Shown one piece after another: positions 38,662 through 48,570 of a DNA stretch of 64,000 bases. Source of the DNA: Podarcis liolepis (lineage: Eukaryota); NCBI GenBank assembly GCA_965112155.1, contig OZ218105.1, one strand, 5' to 3'. Positions within the stretch are counted from its first letter, which is position 1. Each line of letters opens with the position of its first letter. The position numbers were made by a program, and so were the translations under genes. The notes under the pieces were generated by a model. It did not search any database. It was not told the DNA's origin and saw only the letters and a program-made list of their open reading frames with translations.

Positions 38662-39663
38662 ATGAGCAATGATGGCCCGGGATCCTGGTCCCCTTGGAAT
38701 GCTTCATGGGAAGATATTGGAGCAGAAAATGGAACTGACCTCCTAACTCCCCAGGATGGTTCTGATCATGGATTGCCACAATATCGTATAGCAGACATTC
38801 TTATCCCCATTTTACTTATCTCCATTTTACTTATTAGCATTTTTGGAATCATTGGGAATGGAACTGTCATCTGGTTTCTTGGCTTTTGCATGAAGAGGAA
38901 TCCTTTCACCACCTTCATCCTGCATCTGGCTGCTGCTGACCTTGGGGCTCTCATATGCTTATTTACTTTTCCCATTATATATCTTCTGGAGTCATTCTTA
39001 ACTCCCTATATGCATTTGATTGTATTATTGGGTTCCATTCTTTTTTTCTTCATGTACAACACTGGTCAATATCTGTTGACAGCCATTAGCATGGACAGGT
39101 GTGTTTCTGTCGTTTTCCCGCTTTGGCATCGATGCCACCGACCACCACACTTTTCCACCCTTGTGTGTGCCACAATATGGATCACTTCTTTCCTGCTCAT
39201 TGCAATCAACTTGATTGCTGCTATTTTTAACATTCTACCGTATACCATTTTATTCCAGTTTCTAATGAATGCTATACTTTGCCTCCCACTCATGACTGTT
39301 TCCACTCTGGTCCTGTTTAGAAAAGTTTACTTCAGATCACAATAGAGGAAGAAGGGAAAAGCTTTAACAGCCATCCTACTTGCCCTCCTCTTCTTCCTCT
39401 TCTTAGCTTTCCCATTTTCCTGCATTTCATTAATCAGTTTTTTCCCTGTAGTTATAGACTATAAAATGCAATTTGTTGCAATATATGTTGGGTTATTATG
39501 CAGCTGCCTGAATAGCAGTATTAACCCACTGATTTATTTCCTGATTGGGAGAAACAAGAGGGCTCAATCTAGGGAGAGCATGAAGGTCATACTCCAGAGA
39601 CTTTTCAAAGAGGAGGAAAACTGCAGAGAGGAACAAGAAGTTCCAGTTCAAACCCGGATGTGA
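38662..39663 (+). pseudogene. MRGPR with one premature stop (CAG>TAG at 39343-39345, ICL3)
   Basis: Frame continues after the TAG (RKKGKALTA...NPLIY...VQTRM); paralogs have CAG or CTG at this codon. Confidence 0.88.
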
Positions 39664-41334
39664 AGAAATACTTCAAGATAGCTGAGAAAGCCTCATTTTC
39701 TATCTCTTCTTTCTATCTATTTCTTGGTACTTGTTTTCCCCTGTCCTCACTATTTTATTATTTTGAATTCATTTACTCTGTTAATTTTTGTCCTTGTTTT
39801 AGCAGTATCGTTAAAAGCCCCTTGGATTGCCCATTTGGCAGGATTAATGCTTTGTATGTTTTAGAAAATTAAATAAAAAAGAAATGCCACTTCAACAGAC
39901 TTTGAGTTGAGAAGGATGACTTGCTAAATGGTATAGAAAACAGACTCATTGCCAAAGGGAATGAAGTAAAGAAATCTTCACATGTAGAGATTGAATGTTT
40001 GAAGAAAACAGAAGAAAGTATTTTCCCCAGGTTTTTTAAAAAGTGCATGATAGTTAATTCCACCAGTACAATCCCTATTTTCTGTGCTATTTTTCTAGAA
40101 AAAGAATGCAGAAATTCACCATGAAGGCCTCCCTTGTTCTCTTATAACAGCCATGGCACCCATCTGAGGGGTGTGGGACTTGAGCTCTGGTGAATTGTGG
40201 CTGAAAAAAAAGCCATGTTTATATCGATGTAGTGATATAGAAATTATAACTATGTGCATATAGAAATCTACACCTTTATAGGGCAATGTGACAATTAGCA
40301 GAAGTGATTCATGACATCAATGCTTCTCCAACTTTCCAATAATTTTTTGGGGAAAAAACACCAGAGCATACCGGGGGGGAGATGGCTCCATATCATGCCA
40401 CAATGCACTTTCCACTCAATGCTAGCCGTCAAGCCTATATATTCAAACATGCACTAGACTCTTTTGCATGGTGAAGAACTGAAATCACCATGTATAAAGA
40501 CTCACCTTGACACATCATTCTCGTTAACACTTATTAAGAATGATTAGGATGGGGCATGAGAATAAAGCCGTCAGGTGAAACCATGCAGTCCACTCTGCAC
40601 TGCAGATCAAAGAGTCCCCTTTGAGCAGGGGAGAAGATGACTGGGCTCCTCTTATGCTGATTAGCTTTTCACTGGCACAAGCTAAGAGACCCACCACAAT
40701 GTGCAAAGGCTCTAATGCAATTGAGAGGAAGCAAGATGCTCACATAAAAGGCTAACCAAAAATCAGCTTGAGCAAGTAACACTCATCATCAAAATGGCAC
40801 AAAGCACCTGATGGGTGTCAGAGAAAGATTACTGCCTTCCAACCCAGCTCCTACAGTCTGTGCGTGTGTGTGTGTGTGTGTCTGCGCGCGCGCGCGCGTG
40901 ATTAATGAAAGTACCGTAAATCTAATTATTCAAAAGAGAGGAATTAACTTGCTGTTGGACTGAAGCAGAAGGACTGAACCCAAGGATTGAGAATTGGATG
41001 TGGTCTGAGGTCCAGAACTTTAATTACCCCCATAATGTTTTGGAATTCTTTTGCATATCATTATTGTATATATAGTTATTTTCCCCCATAATATAAGTTT
41101 TGGGTTAGATGCTTTTGTAACTTGTCTCCTCTCACAGGAAACACCCAAATATCTTCTGCAGAAGTTCAAGCAAGATAGTTCTGGTGGCAGATAACAATGT
41201 TCTGGCATTTAACGGTCATGAACATGTGCCCAGTAGACCATTGCGTGTTGAGTCCCACAAAGCCACCCTCACCAATAACTCACACTTCACACGTTAATTT
41301 TGTTTAAGGTTTTTGGCATGATTTTGGCCACAAC

Positions 41335-41340
41335 TTTATT
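41335..41340 (-). terminator. Poly(A) signal of the YR retrotransposon
   Basis: AATAAA in TTTTAATAAAGTTGTGGCCAA, 92 nt from the element 3' end. Confidence 0.6.
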
Positions 41341-41352
41341 AAAATACATATA

Positions 41353-41693
41353 CGTGAGTGGTTGCTTAGGCATTGGTTAAGACTATCTGTCCTTGCCCAG
41401 GGACAGGGCTGGCCTTCCGGATTCCAGCGGAAGCCAGCCTGGGAAACAAGTATTGGGTGAGAAGGTGAGGCTGGGTAACAGTCCCACACCTCTCACCCTC
41501 ATGTTCCTGTGGGGCTTGCACGGCCCAGGTCCGACTCCGGGGACAAGGACGAAAGAATGGCAAGCCCCTGGATTCCTTTAACGGAATTCCCTTTCCGCCA
41601 CCATTGGAGGGGTAGGCACTTACCCCTCCCAACCAATTTTAAACCAATGCCTAACCGCCAATGGAGCCTTAGCTCGCCGCCAAACCACTCACG
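41353..41693 (-). ncRNA. Putative structured cis-acting RNA in the 3' UTR of the YR element
   Basis: Long-range inverted repeats 41353-41363/41683-41693 and 41366-41378/41642-41654 enclose several hairpins; motifs shared with 55806-56162. Confidence 0.55.
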
Positions 41694-42263
41694 AACTCAG
41701 CCAAGACCTTAGCTTAGCCACCACAGCACCCAACCACGCCTTATTCCCTAAGGCCGAAAGATGCACCCCATCATCCCTGAATAGAGATTCCTCCCTAGGC
41801 AGAATCTCAGGATGGGAAATCACGTCACCTCCCAACTCGAAAACTTTTTCCGAGACCGCTGAATTGATCCGCTTCCTAGCCCTCTCAGTGGCAGTTGGGC
41901 AACGACTGCCTCTCCAACTGCGCCTTTGCAAAAACTTTGACCAGAAAATTTTTGTTGCCGGCACCATTGCCCGCAGCACTTCAAGATCTCCCAGGATAGC
42001 AGCACGTAACGAAGCACAGTCCATAGAAACCAGGTCGTTCTCACCCAACTGCACCACAATGGCCGTGGGCGGCCCTTCCTCTGCCAGCTGCCTACGAATC
42101 AGTGGCAGAAACTCAGTCCAGGACATCCCCCTTCTGGCCAGCCAAGATACGCGCACGTGAGGAGGAAGGCCGAGACCCGGTCCCAATCTGAGCTGCCTGG
42201 CTCCAACAGCGGCCCAATGTACGATACTGTGCCCCACCATCCATATGCGTACGGCTGCTAAAC
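41689..42263 (-). CDS. SGNH/GDSL hydrolase (esterase) ORF of the YR retrotransposon
   Basis: IWMVGHS (block I), RGMSW (block II), QLGENDL (block III), DGVH (block V); ATG at 42240, with the frame open back to a splice acceptor at 42264. Confidence 0.85.
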
Positions 42264-42296
42264 CTGGTATAGAGAAACAAAATATAAAACATCATG

Positions 42297-43220
42297 TTAG
42301 CGAACATAGCCTCTAAACGCGTTCGACTTCCAACGACCCAAGTTCTTTATCCTGCCCGCAGACAGGCCCCAATGTGCTGCCATCGTGGCAGCCCCGATCC
42401 TGAAAGAATGTGGGGCAAAATCACTAGCAGAAGCACCACAAGCCGCAATGGCCTTCCGCATCACCCTTGCAAACTGTCGCCTAGACAGAGGCGACCCATC
42501 TTCGTGCTGCAATAATGGACCTTCTCCCGGAGCCCGGAGGGACAAGTACCTCCTGACATCTTTGACCGGACACGGACCCACCTCCCTTGCGGCCGGTAAA
42601 CGAATGAGGGCTCCCCTTCCACCCTGATCCGTTTTAGAATTCCTGATGAGGAGTCTTAGCTCATCTGGAGATAGCTGTGCATCCTGAAACAATAACCCCC
42701 TGGAACGACCATTATTGTGCTCCTCCCATACGAGCTCACCAACCCTTAGTGCTCCGAAGAAGGCAATAGAAAAGGCCGCAGAAAAAAGGCGAGCCTCATA
42801 CCTAGACCAGCAAACGCTCCTCAGCTCTTTGCGCATCTTGCACAGCAAATCATATGATATAGGGTGCCTAGTAGCTGGCTGGGAAGGACAAAGCCTACCC
42901 CATCCCTCAAGAGCCTTACGTACGGAAAACTTAGCGCAAGGATCCTTGTCAAAATAAGCTTTGCAGAAAAAGGCAATGGCAGCTGCCTGAATTCTTAGCG
43001 TCTTCGCTGCACGTCCTAACTGAAACAGGTGCGCCAAATATCTTAGCACCTGAGAAGTCAAGGGGGAAGCCCCCCTTTGCTCCCCGGCCGACTGATATGT
43101 AAAGGACAAAAAATCAGCCCATGCTTTGGTGTATGACCTGAGTGTAGAAGGAGAAATAGAAGCCATTACTCCCTGAAACACTAGCTCCTGCCAAGGCTCC
43201 AGAGATGATCCGGGAAACAT
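42297..43220 (-). CDS. Tyrosine recombinase
   Basis: FFGALRVGEL (R), SKTDQ (K), HSFRIGAAT (HxxR), GRWKS...GYVR (W, Y nucleophile). Confidence 0.95.
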   Translation of the reverse strand: MFPGSSLEPWQELVFQGVMASISPSTLRSYTKAWADFLSFTYQSAGEQRGASPLTSQVLRYLAHLFQLGRAAKTLRIQAAAIAFFCKAYFDKDPCAKFSVRKALEGWGRLCPSQPATRHPISYDLLCKMRKELRSVCWSRYEARLFSAAFSIAFFGALRVGELVWEEHNNGRSRGLLFQDAQLSPDELRLLIRNSKTDQGGRGALIRLPAAREVGPCPVKDVRRYLSLRAPGEGPLLQHEDGSPLSRRQFARVMRKAIAACGASASDFAPHSFRIGAATMAAHWGLSAGRIKNLGRWKSNAFRGYVR

Positions 43221-45193
43221 TCCGGACGTTTCCGAGCCTCTGGAACCAGAAGTCTGAACCGCTCCATCTGAAAACGGGACAGAGCATCAGCAATTTCGTT
43301 AGACACCCCCGGAACAAAACGTGCGGAAAAGACTATATTATAGCGTAAACAATGTAAAACAAAAGCCCGTAAGAGGGCCGACACCCTAGGAGAGCGGGAG
43401 GACAGCTTGGCCAACACGTTTACCACCGCCTGGTTATCAGTCCAGAAGCAGACTCGTCGGTCCCTGAACTCTTCGACCCACAAGTGCACTGCCACTGCAA
43501 TGGGAAAGAACTCAAGAAAAGTTAGGTCCCGAGTAATGGCTGTTCCCTGCCAATCAAGAGGCCAGCGCTTGGCACACCACCTACCCATCCAATATAGACC
43601 AAAACCTTGGGATCCTGCAGCATCTGAATGCACCTGAAAATCGTTCTGCAAGTTCAGAGTATCTTGCCATAACGATACCCCATTAAAATCCTCCAAAAAT
43701 TCCAGCCATATGCTGAGATCAGCCCTCACCTCCCTGGAAAGACGAACACGATGATGCGGGGCCTTCAAGCCCACCGTGAGGCGAGCCAATCGAGAGCAAA
43801 AGGGGCGGCCAGGGGCCACCACCCTACAGGCAAAATTCAGGTGACCTAACAGCGACTGGATCTGCAGTAGGGACACCTTCTTTAAGGGAAGCAATTCCTC
43901 TATAACATTTTTCAAAGCCACCAGCTTATCCTTTGGCAAGCTAGAGGTTTGAGACACCGTATCCAAAAGGATGCCCAAATACGTAAGCTGAGTCGAGGGG
44001 CCCTCAGTCTTTTCAGCCGCCAATGGGACCCCTAGCTCCTCAGTAAGGGCAGCTAAAGCACGCAACAGAACCGAGCAATTGTCAGTATTACACTCAGAAG
44101 CCAATAAAAAATCATCCAAATAATGAGTAACCCCTTCCAACCCGGTTTTCAGCTTGAGGGCCCATTCCAAAAAGGTGCTAAAAGATTCAAAAGCAGCGCA
44201 CGCTATAGAGCAGCCCATGGGCATGGCCTTGTCAAAATAGTATTTTCCCTCAAACTGGAAACCGAGCAGCCAGAAATCCTCCGGATGAATCGGGAGCAAG
44301 CGGAATGCCGACTCAATGTCGCATTTTGCCAATAACGCAGCTGGTCCAAACTTCCGGATCATCTTGATCGCGTGATCAAGAGAGGCATACCTAACTGAGC
44401 AAAGTTCTGGAGGAATCACATCATTAACTGAAGTACCCCTAGGGTGAGATAAATTATGAATCAAACGGAATTCACCAGGGGCCTTCTTTGGCACGATGCC
44501 CAGTGGGGAAACATGCAAATTAGTAAATGGAGGGGCACAAAAGGGGCCAGCCATCCGATGCATAGCCACCTCTTTCGTCATCTTCCTTCGGGCAATCTCT
44601 GGCAATTCACGAACTGATTTCTGATTAGACGAATTCCGAGCCACGGGAGGCTTGGCTACCGGAATCCGAAAACCAACTGAAAAACCGTCGCTCAGGTAAC
44701 GAGCGGCCTCCCTATCCGGGTAAAACCTGAGCCACTCTTTTAGGGCCGGCAGACGAATAGGAGTCTGGGCCAGTGAAGTCAGCACCTCATTTTGCTGTTC
44801 CTGAGGTTGAGGGTGTGGGGGGGGCTGCCTTGGGGGGTTGTTGAGAGCCCCCTTTTCCCCCACGAAAGGGCCGCCGCCCACCAAAACAAGAGGAAGCCGG
44901 ATGCAATCCATTGCACTTCTCACAAGTGTGCGCAAATCTACAAGTTGAACGCTGACAGGAAGTCCTGTTAAAATCCCAACACGGCAATCGACGGCCAGGT
45001 CTGAAGGCAGAGACACCCTGTTTCTGCTGCTCCGGTACCTTTTTGTCAATGAGTGGGGCAACATGAGTAGTCCACACATCGAGATCTTTCCGATCCCAGC
45101 GTGCAGACGGAATCTTGGCCGCACGACGCCTAAAGTTCTCATCATATTTGATTGCGGCTTTATCGCCAGCCTTGGTAAAGGCAGAGCGTACAA
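43181..45193 (-). CDS. Reverse transcriptase-RNase H (DIRS type); true start uncertain, overlaps gag
   Basis: FRLIHNLS, KCDIESAF, MPMG, HYLDDFL, YLGI; RNase H SDAA, FLEFFPI, TDNQAVV, NEIADALSR; no methyltransferase tail seen. Confidence 0.95.
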   Translation of the reverse strand: MYALPLPRLAIKPQSNMMRTLGVVRPRFRLHAGIGKISMCGLLMLPHSLTKRYRSSRNRVSLPSDLAVDCRVGILTGLPVSVQLVDLRTLVRSAMDCIRLPLVLVGGGPFVGEKGALNNPPRQPPPHPQPQEQQNEVLTSLAQTPIRLPALKEWLRFYPDREAARYLSDGFSVGFRIPVAKPPVARNSSNQKSVRELPEIARRKMTKEVAMHRMAGPFCAPPFTNLHVSPLGIVPKKAPGEFRLIHNLSHPRGTSVNDVIPPELCSVRYASLDHAIKMIRKFGPAALLAKCDIESAFRLLPIHPEDFWLLGFQFEGKYYFDKAMPMGCSIACAAFESFSTFLEWALKLKTGLEGVTHYLDDFLLASECNTDNCSVLLRALAALTEELGVPLAAEKTEGPSTQLTYLGILLDTVSQTSSLPKDKLVALKNVIEELLPLKKVSLLQIQSLLGHLNFACRVVAPGRPFCSRLARLTVGLKAPHHRVRLSREVRADLSIWLEFLEDFNGVSLWQDTLNLQNDFQVHSDAAGSQGFGLYWMGRWCAKRWPLDWQGTAITRDLTFLEFFPIAVAVHLWVEEFRDRRVCFWTDNQAVVNVLAKLSSRSPRVSALLRAFVLHCLRYNIVFSARFVPGVSNEIADALSRFQMERFRLLVPEARKRPECFPDHLWSLGRS

Positions 45194-46313
45194 TCGACAG
45201 ATAAACTAACAAATGAAGGGACCTACGTGGATAAGCTGCCATGACTATACCGGCGAAGACCTGAAAACAGTCAAGCCAGTGTTCGAAGGTCCTGCCCGCC
45301 GCAGAAACCCCTGAGCGCTTTTTAGTAGAAGCGCTTCCTTTTTCCTGCTCTTCAGAAGGCGGGGCTAACTTGAAAATGTCTACATAGCGTCCATTTAAAA
45401 TCCTGGCCCGCCATTTCGATGACAAGTGTGAGCCTGGGATAATATCCCTGGCCGAATTGGTTGAGACTTTAATGTCGGGAACCAACACACCATCCCTGCA
45501 TTCTTGAACAGCTCCATACTTTGCCCGATGAGCGTTGGACCTGCGCTCCCAAGCCCACCTAGGAAGCCCCGAAGCCGATTCACCAAAACCCCAATAAAGT
45601 TCCAAGTGAGTACCCTCATCGTCGGAGCTAGAGGAAGACGTACCCGAAGTGGAGGAAGTGGAGTCATCCTTCCTGCGCTTTGCACGTTTCCGAGACGCCC
45701 TCTTGTGGCGACGCTTCCCTCCCAAGGACTTCCTGGCGGGGACCGGGAGACTGTCTTCGACAGAGGATTCCGAATCAGGGTGCTGCTGAGACGGAACTGA
45801 AACAGACTGCATAGAGACAACATGTGAGATACCAGAACCGGATGCCACAACCGGTAGAGAGCGAGCAGGTGTGCGCCGGCGAGTGGACGCAGCCAACGGT
45901 GCGCTCCTTCCCGAGGCCCGCCTGGAAAGGCGGCCTGACCGCCGAGGCCAGTTCTGTATTACAGGTAAGCCAGGAGACTGGGATAACTGTGGATTCCTAA
46001 TTAAACCCTGTGGTGACGATCCTTCTCCCTCATCCTCGCTAGATGACGATGAAGCCGGAGGCGGCACCACTGCTGAAGAGGGCGGGCCCCCAGACGTGGA
46101 CGGTTGAGAAGAACGATGTTGCAGGAAAAGGTCCAAATCAGCTGCGAAGCGAGATAGAGCCGCAGGGTCACCTGCCATGCCTGCCACCAACGATTGCACT
46201 CGCCCCACCGGTTGATTGGTGGGGGGAGAGCGGAGCACTTGGGATGGACCTCTGATAGGCCGTTTTGACGTGATGGCAGAGCTGGAGCGCGTAGCAGCTT
46301 TCTTTGGAGCCAT
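44787..46313 (-). CDS. Gag-like ORF1 of the YR retrotransposon
   Basis: Ser/Arg-rich N-terminal half with a basic NLS-like stretch; YDENFRR; C-terminal CWDFN...C...C.FAHTCEKC..LH...C zinc finger typical of DIRS/Ngaro Gag. Confidence 0.88.
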   Translation of the reverse strand: MAPKKAATRSSSAITSKRPIRGPSQVLRSPPTNQPVGRVQSLVAGMAGDPAALSRFAADLDLFLQHRSSQPSTSGGPPSSAVVPPPASSSSSEDEGEGSSPQGLIRNPQLSQSPGLPVIQNWPRRSGRLSRRASGRSAPLAASTRRRTPARSLPVVASGSGISHVVSMQSVSVPSQQHPDSESSVEDSLPVPARKSLGGKRRHKRASRKRAKRRKDDSTSSTSGTSSSSSDDEGTHLELYWGFGESASGLPRWAWERRSNAHRAKYGAVQECRDGVLVPDIKVSTNSARDIIPGSHLSSKWRARILNGRYVDIFKLAPPSEEQEKGSASTKKRSGVSAAGRTFEHWLDCFQVFAGIVMAAYPRRSLHLLVYLSIVRSAFTKAGDKAAIKYDENFRRRAAKIPSARWDRKDLDVWTTHVAPLIDKKVPEQQKQGVSAFRPGRRLPCWDFNRTSCQRSTCRFAHTCEKCNGLHPASSCFGGRRPFRGGKGGSQQPPKAAPPTPSTSGTAK

Positions 46314-46729
46314 ACCTGCTAGCAGGAGATAAAATCAAAACCAGTTAAATTACCGATCGCAACAGCAAAATAAGGCTAGCAACCTCCAGACAATAAGCCC
46401 TGCTGGGCCTTCCACCAGCTGTTACTAGATCACCTCAAATGAATTCTAGGCCGCAGCTCGGAAAAGACTGTCTCTTGGCCAAGGCAATAGCCAGGTGTAT
46501 TCGTCTCTTACAGTATCTATCTATCTATCTATCTATCTATCGGAAAATAAAACAAAGATGCAGTCGTAAGCACTGATGCCAGCCCAAGAGGCCCCAGCAG
46601 GCCCAAACGCAAATAAATTACCACCAAGCAGCAGTAATATTACTTGCCCAGTCACTTATTTAGCGGCAGTGTGATAAATTAGCAGCCAGCAGGGGCAGGG
46701 GTAGGGGGGGTGGGGGGTGAGGCCCAGTC

Positions 46730-47270
46730 CCTCACAAAACAATTGAGGCGCAGTACCTCTCAGAGCCACTAGGGGGAGCCTCCGTCGGCAAGACGATGCC
46801 CCAAAATGGCGGAGCCAACCAGAATGACTCGGCAATAGTAGCTAGGCCGCGAGCGCGCCCAGGGCCGCGGCGCTGACGCGACGGGCCTGTATTTGCCCCC
46901 CCCGCACGCCCACGCGAGGCGGGCGGGCCCGCTGGCTCAAGAATGGGGCCCGCTGAAATCACCCCGGCGGGGCGCTCCCCCGCCGCCGCCGCCGCGCGGC
47001 CGCCGGACACAGCCCCGGAGAACGGGGCGTCGCCGACGCGGCAGCGACCTCGGCGAATTGGGCCTGGATCCCGCCGCCCGCCGCGACCCCAGGTAGGCCC
47101 GAGTGCACAGGAGCCGCAATGAGGGCGGGGGGGGGGGTCTAAGGCGCTCCGCTACGGAGCTATGGATGGGAGAAGGGCGGGCCGCGGCCCTGCGAGGGCA
47201 CGGGCGCTTCCCCCGGCGCACGGGAGGAGGCCTCCCCTGGACTGGGGGGGGCACCCCCGCTCCCACTAAA
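46730..47270. promoter_or_regulatory. CpG-rich 5' region of the YR element
   Basis: Very high GC content and undecayed CpGs compared with the AT-rich host. Confidence 0.5.
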
Positions 47271-47519
47271 CTGCAATTAAATTAACTAAAGAAGCCAAAT
47301 TAAATTAACTAATAAATAAACAAAAGGACAGATCTAGACGAAAGAGGAGGAAGGGAAAAAACGGGAAGGAAATAATAAAGGGAGAGGAACAGAAGGCAAT
47401 AAGGCCCAAAGAAAATCAACGTCCAATAAACAATTCTTTATACTCAGCAACCGGCTCCAGACAATCTGCTCCGTGATCCGATGCAGAGGCCAAGAGGACT
47501 TCCCCACGTGAGTAACCTG

Positions 47520-47527
47520 TATTTATA
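47520..47527 (-). promoter_or_regulatory. Putative internal TATA box (TATAAATA) of the YR element
   Basis: ~160 bp inside the 5' terminus, same strand as the ORFs. Confidence 0.5.
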
Positions 47528-48369
47528 GCCTCTGTCCTTCTCTCTCAATTGGAAACATGCTAAACTCCCCAGCAACCCAATTAACCCTTTAAGGGATTCT
47601 ACTTTGTCCAAACCTGCCTGGTAACAGCAGGGTGGCTTGTATTCTCCCACCCGCAACCCATGCTCTCTTTTGATGGAGAACACGCTTTCCCATACAGAGT
47701 CTTCTATATCACATATCTAAGTCTCATGTGCAGCAATATCAAGCTGATACTTCCCATGTTTGGGCTCCTGTACCCAAAACTATAGCACCATTGCATAAGA
47801 TACATGCTTTGTGTAGCACTGAGAGGGGCATAAAACCCCCAGAACAACCCGAAGAAAATTCATTGGAATGGGATATGGAATGACTAAATGGAAAAAAACT
47901 AAGAACCAGGTGGAAGGGGGCATGATGTATGTTGGTCTCTCTCTTTCACACAAACACACACAGAGAGAGAGAAAGAGAGAGAGAGAGACCATCTCTTGGT
48001 CTGGCTAGATTGTAGCCTTTTTTCCTTGTCCCCAGGATGGAATGAAGAGTATTCCCAAAAAATAGAGGCTTTAAAGAATTGAGGCATGTGGGATTGGGCT
48101 GAAGTATGTTGAAGACCCAGCAAAAAAAGCATATCGGCCTCCCACACATTTCAAAGTTTTCCCAACAGGATTGAAAAATCAAATAGATTAAGGCCTGCCA
48201 GCAGATCATCATGAGGAGGATAGTCCTGTTGTGTTCAGAATGAGAAATGGTGGTCAGTTTTGCATCTACGCTGCAGCAAGAAGAAAAAAGAGGAACTAGT
48301 GGCAGAACGAACAGCACAGTCAGATGCACTTTGCCCATGCTTGAAATCCTAAGTAACACAAAATGTATA

Positions 48370-48570
48370 CAGTGGTACCTCGGGTTACATACGCTTCAGG
48401 TTACATACACTTCAGGTTACAGACTCCGCTAACCAAGAAATAGTGCTTCAGGTTAATAACTTTGCTTTAGGATAAGAACAGAAATCGTGCTCCGGCAGCA
48501 CAGCTTCAGCAGGAGGCCTCATTAGCTAAAGTGGTGCTTCAGGTTAAGAACAGTTTAAGGTTAAGTACGG
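48370..48570. mobile_element. Partial Tigger-like MITE (inverted paralog of 4820-5011)
   Basis: TA|CAGTGGTACCTCGGGTTAC. Confidence 0.7.

Larger units (their letters stand above)
41243..47685 (-). mobile_element. Full-length tyrosine-recombinase (DIRS-order, Ngaro-like coding content) retrotransposon
   Basis: Gag, RT-RNase H, YR and SGNH ORFs all open; termini GCGTGTT...AACACGC; flanks ATT and TTT; empty site CAGTAGACCATTCTCATACAG at ~28336 and ~34208. Confidence 0.95.

Noticed and set aside
41353-41693. Hammerhead ribozyme in the YR 3' region
   Set aside because: No CUGANGA...GAAA core found by eye; other ribozyme classes not excluded
46732-47285. Extra ORFs in the YR element 5' region
   Set aside because: Low-complexity Arg/Pro/Gly translations from CpG-rich DNA; a short coding leader exon cannot be excluded
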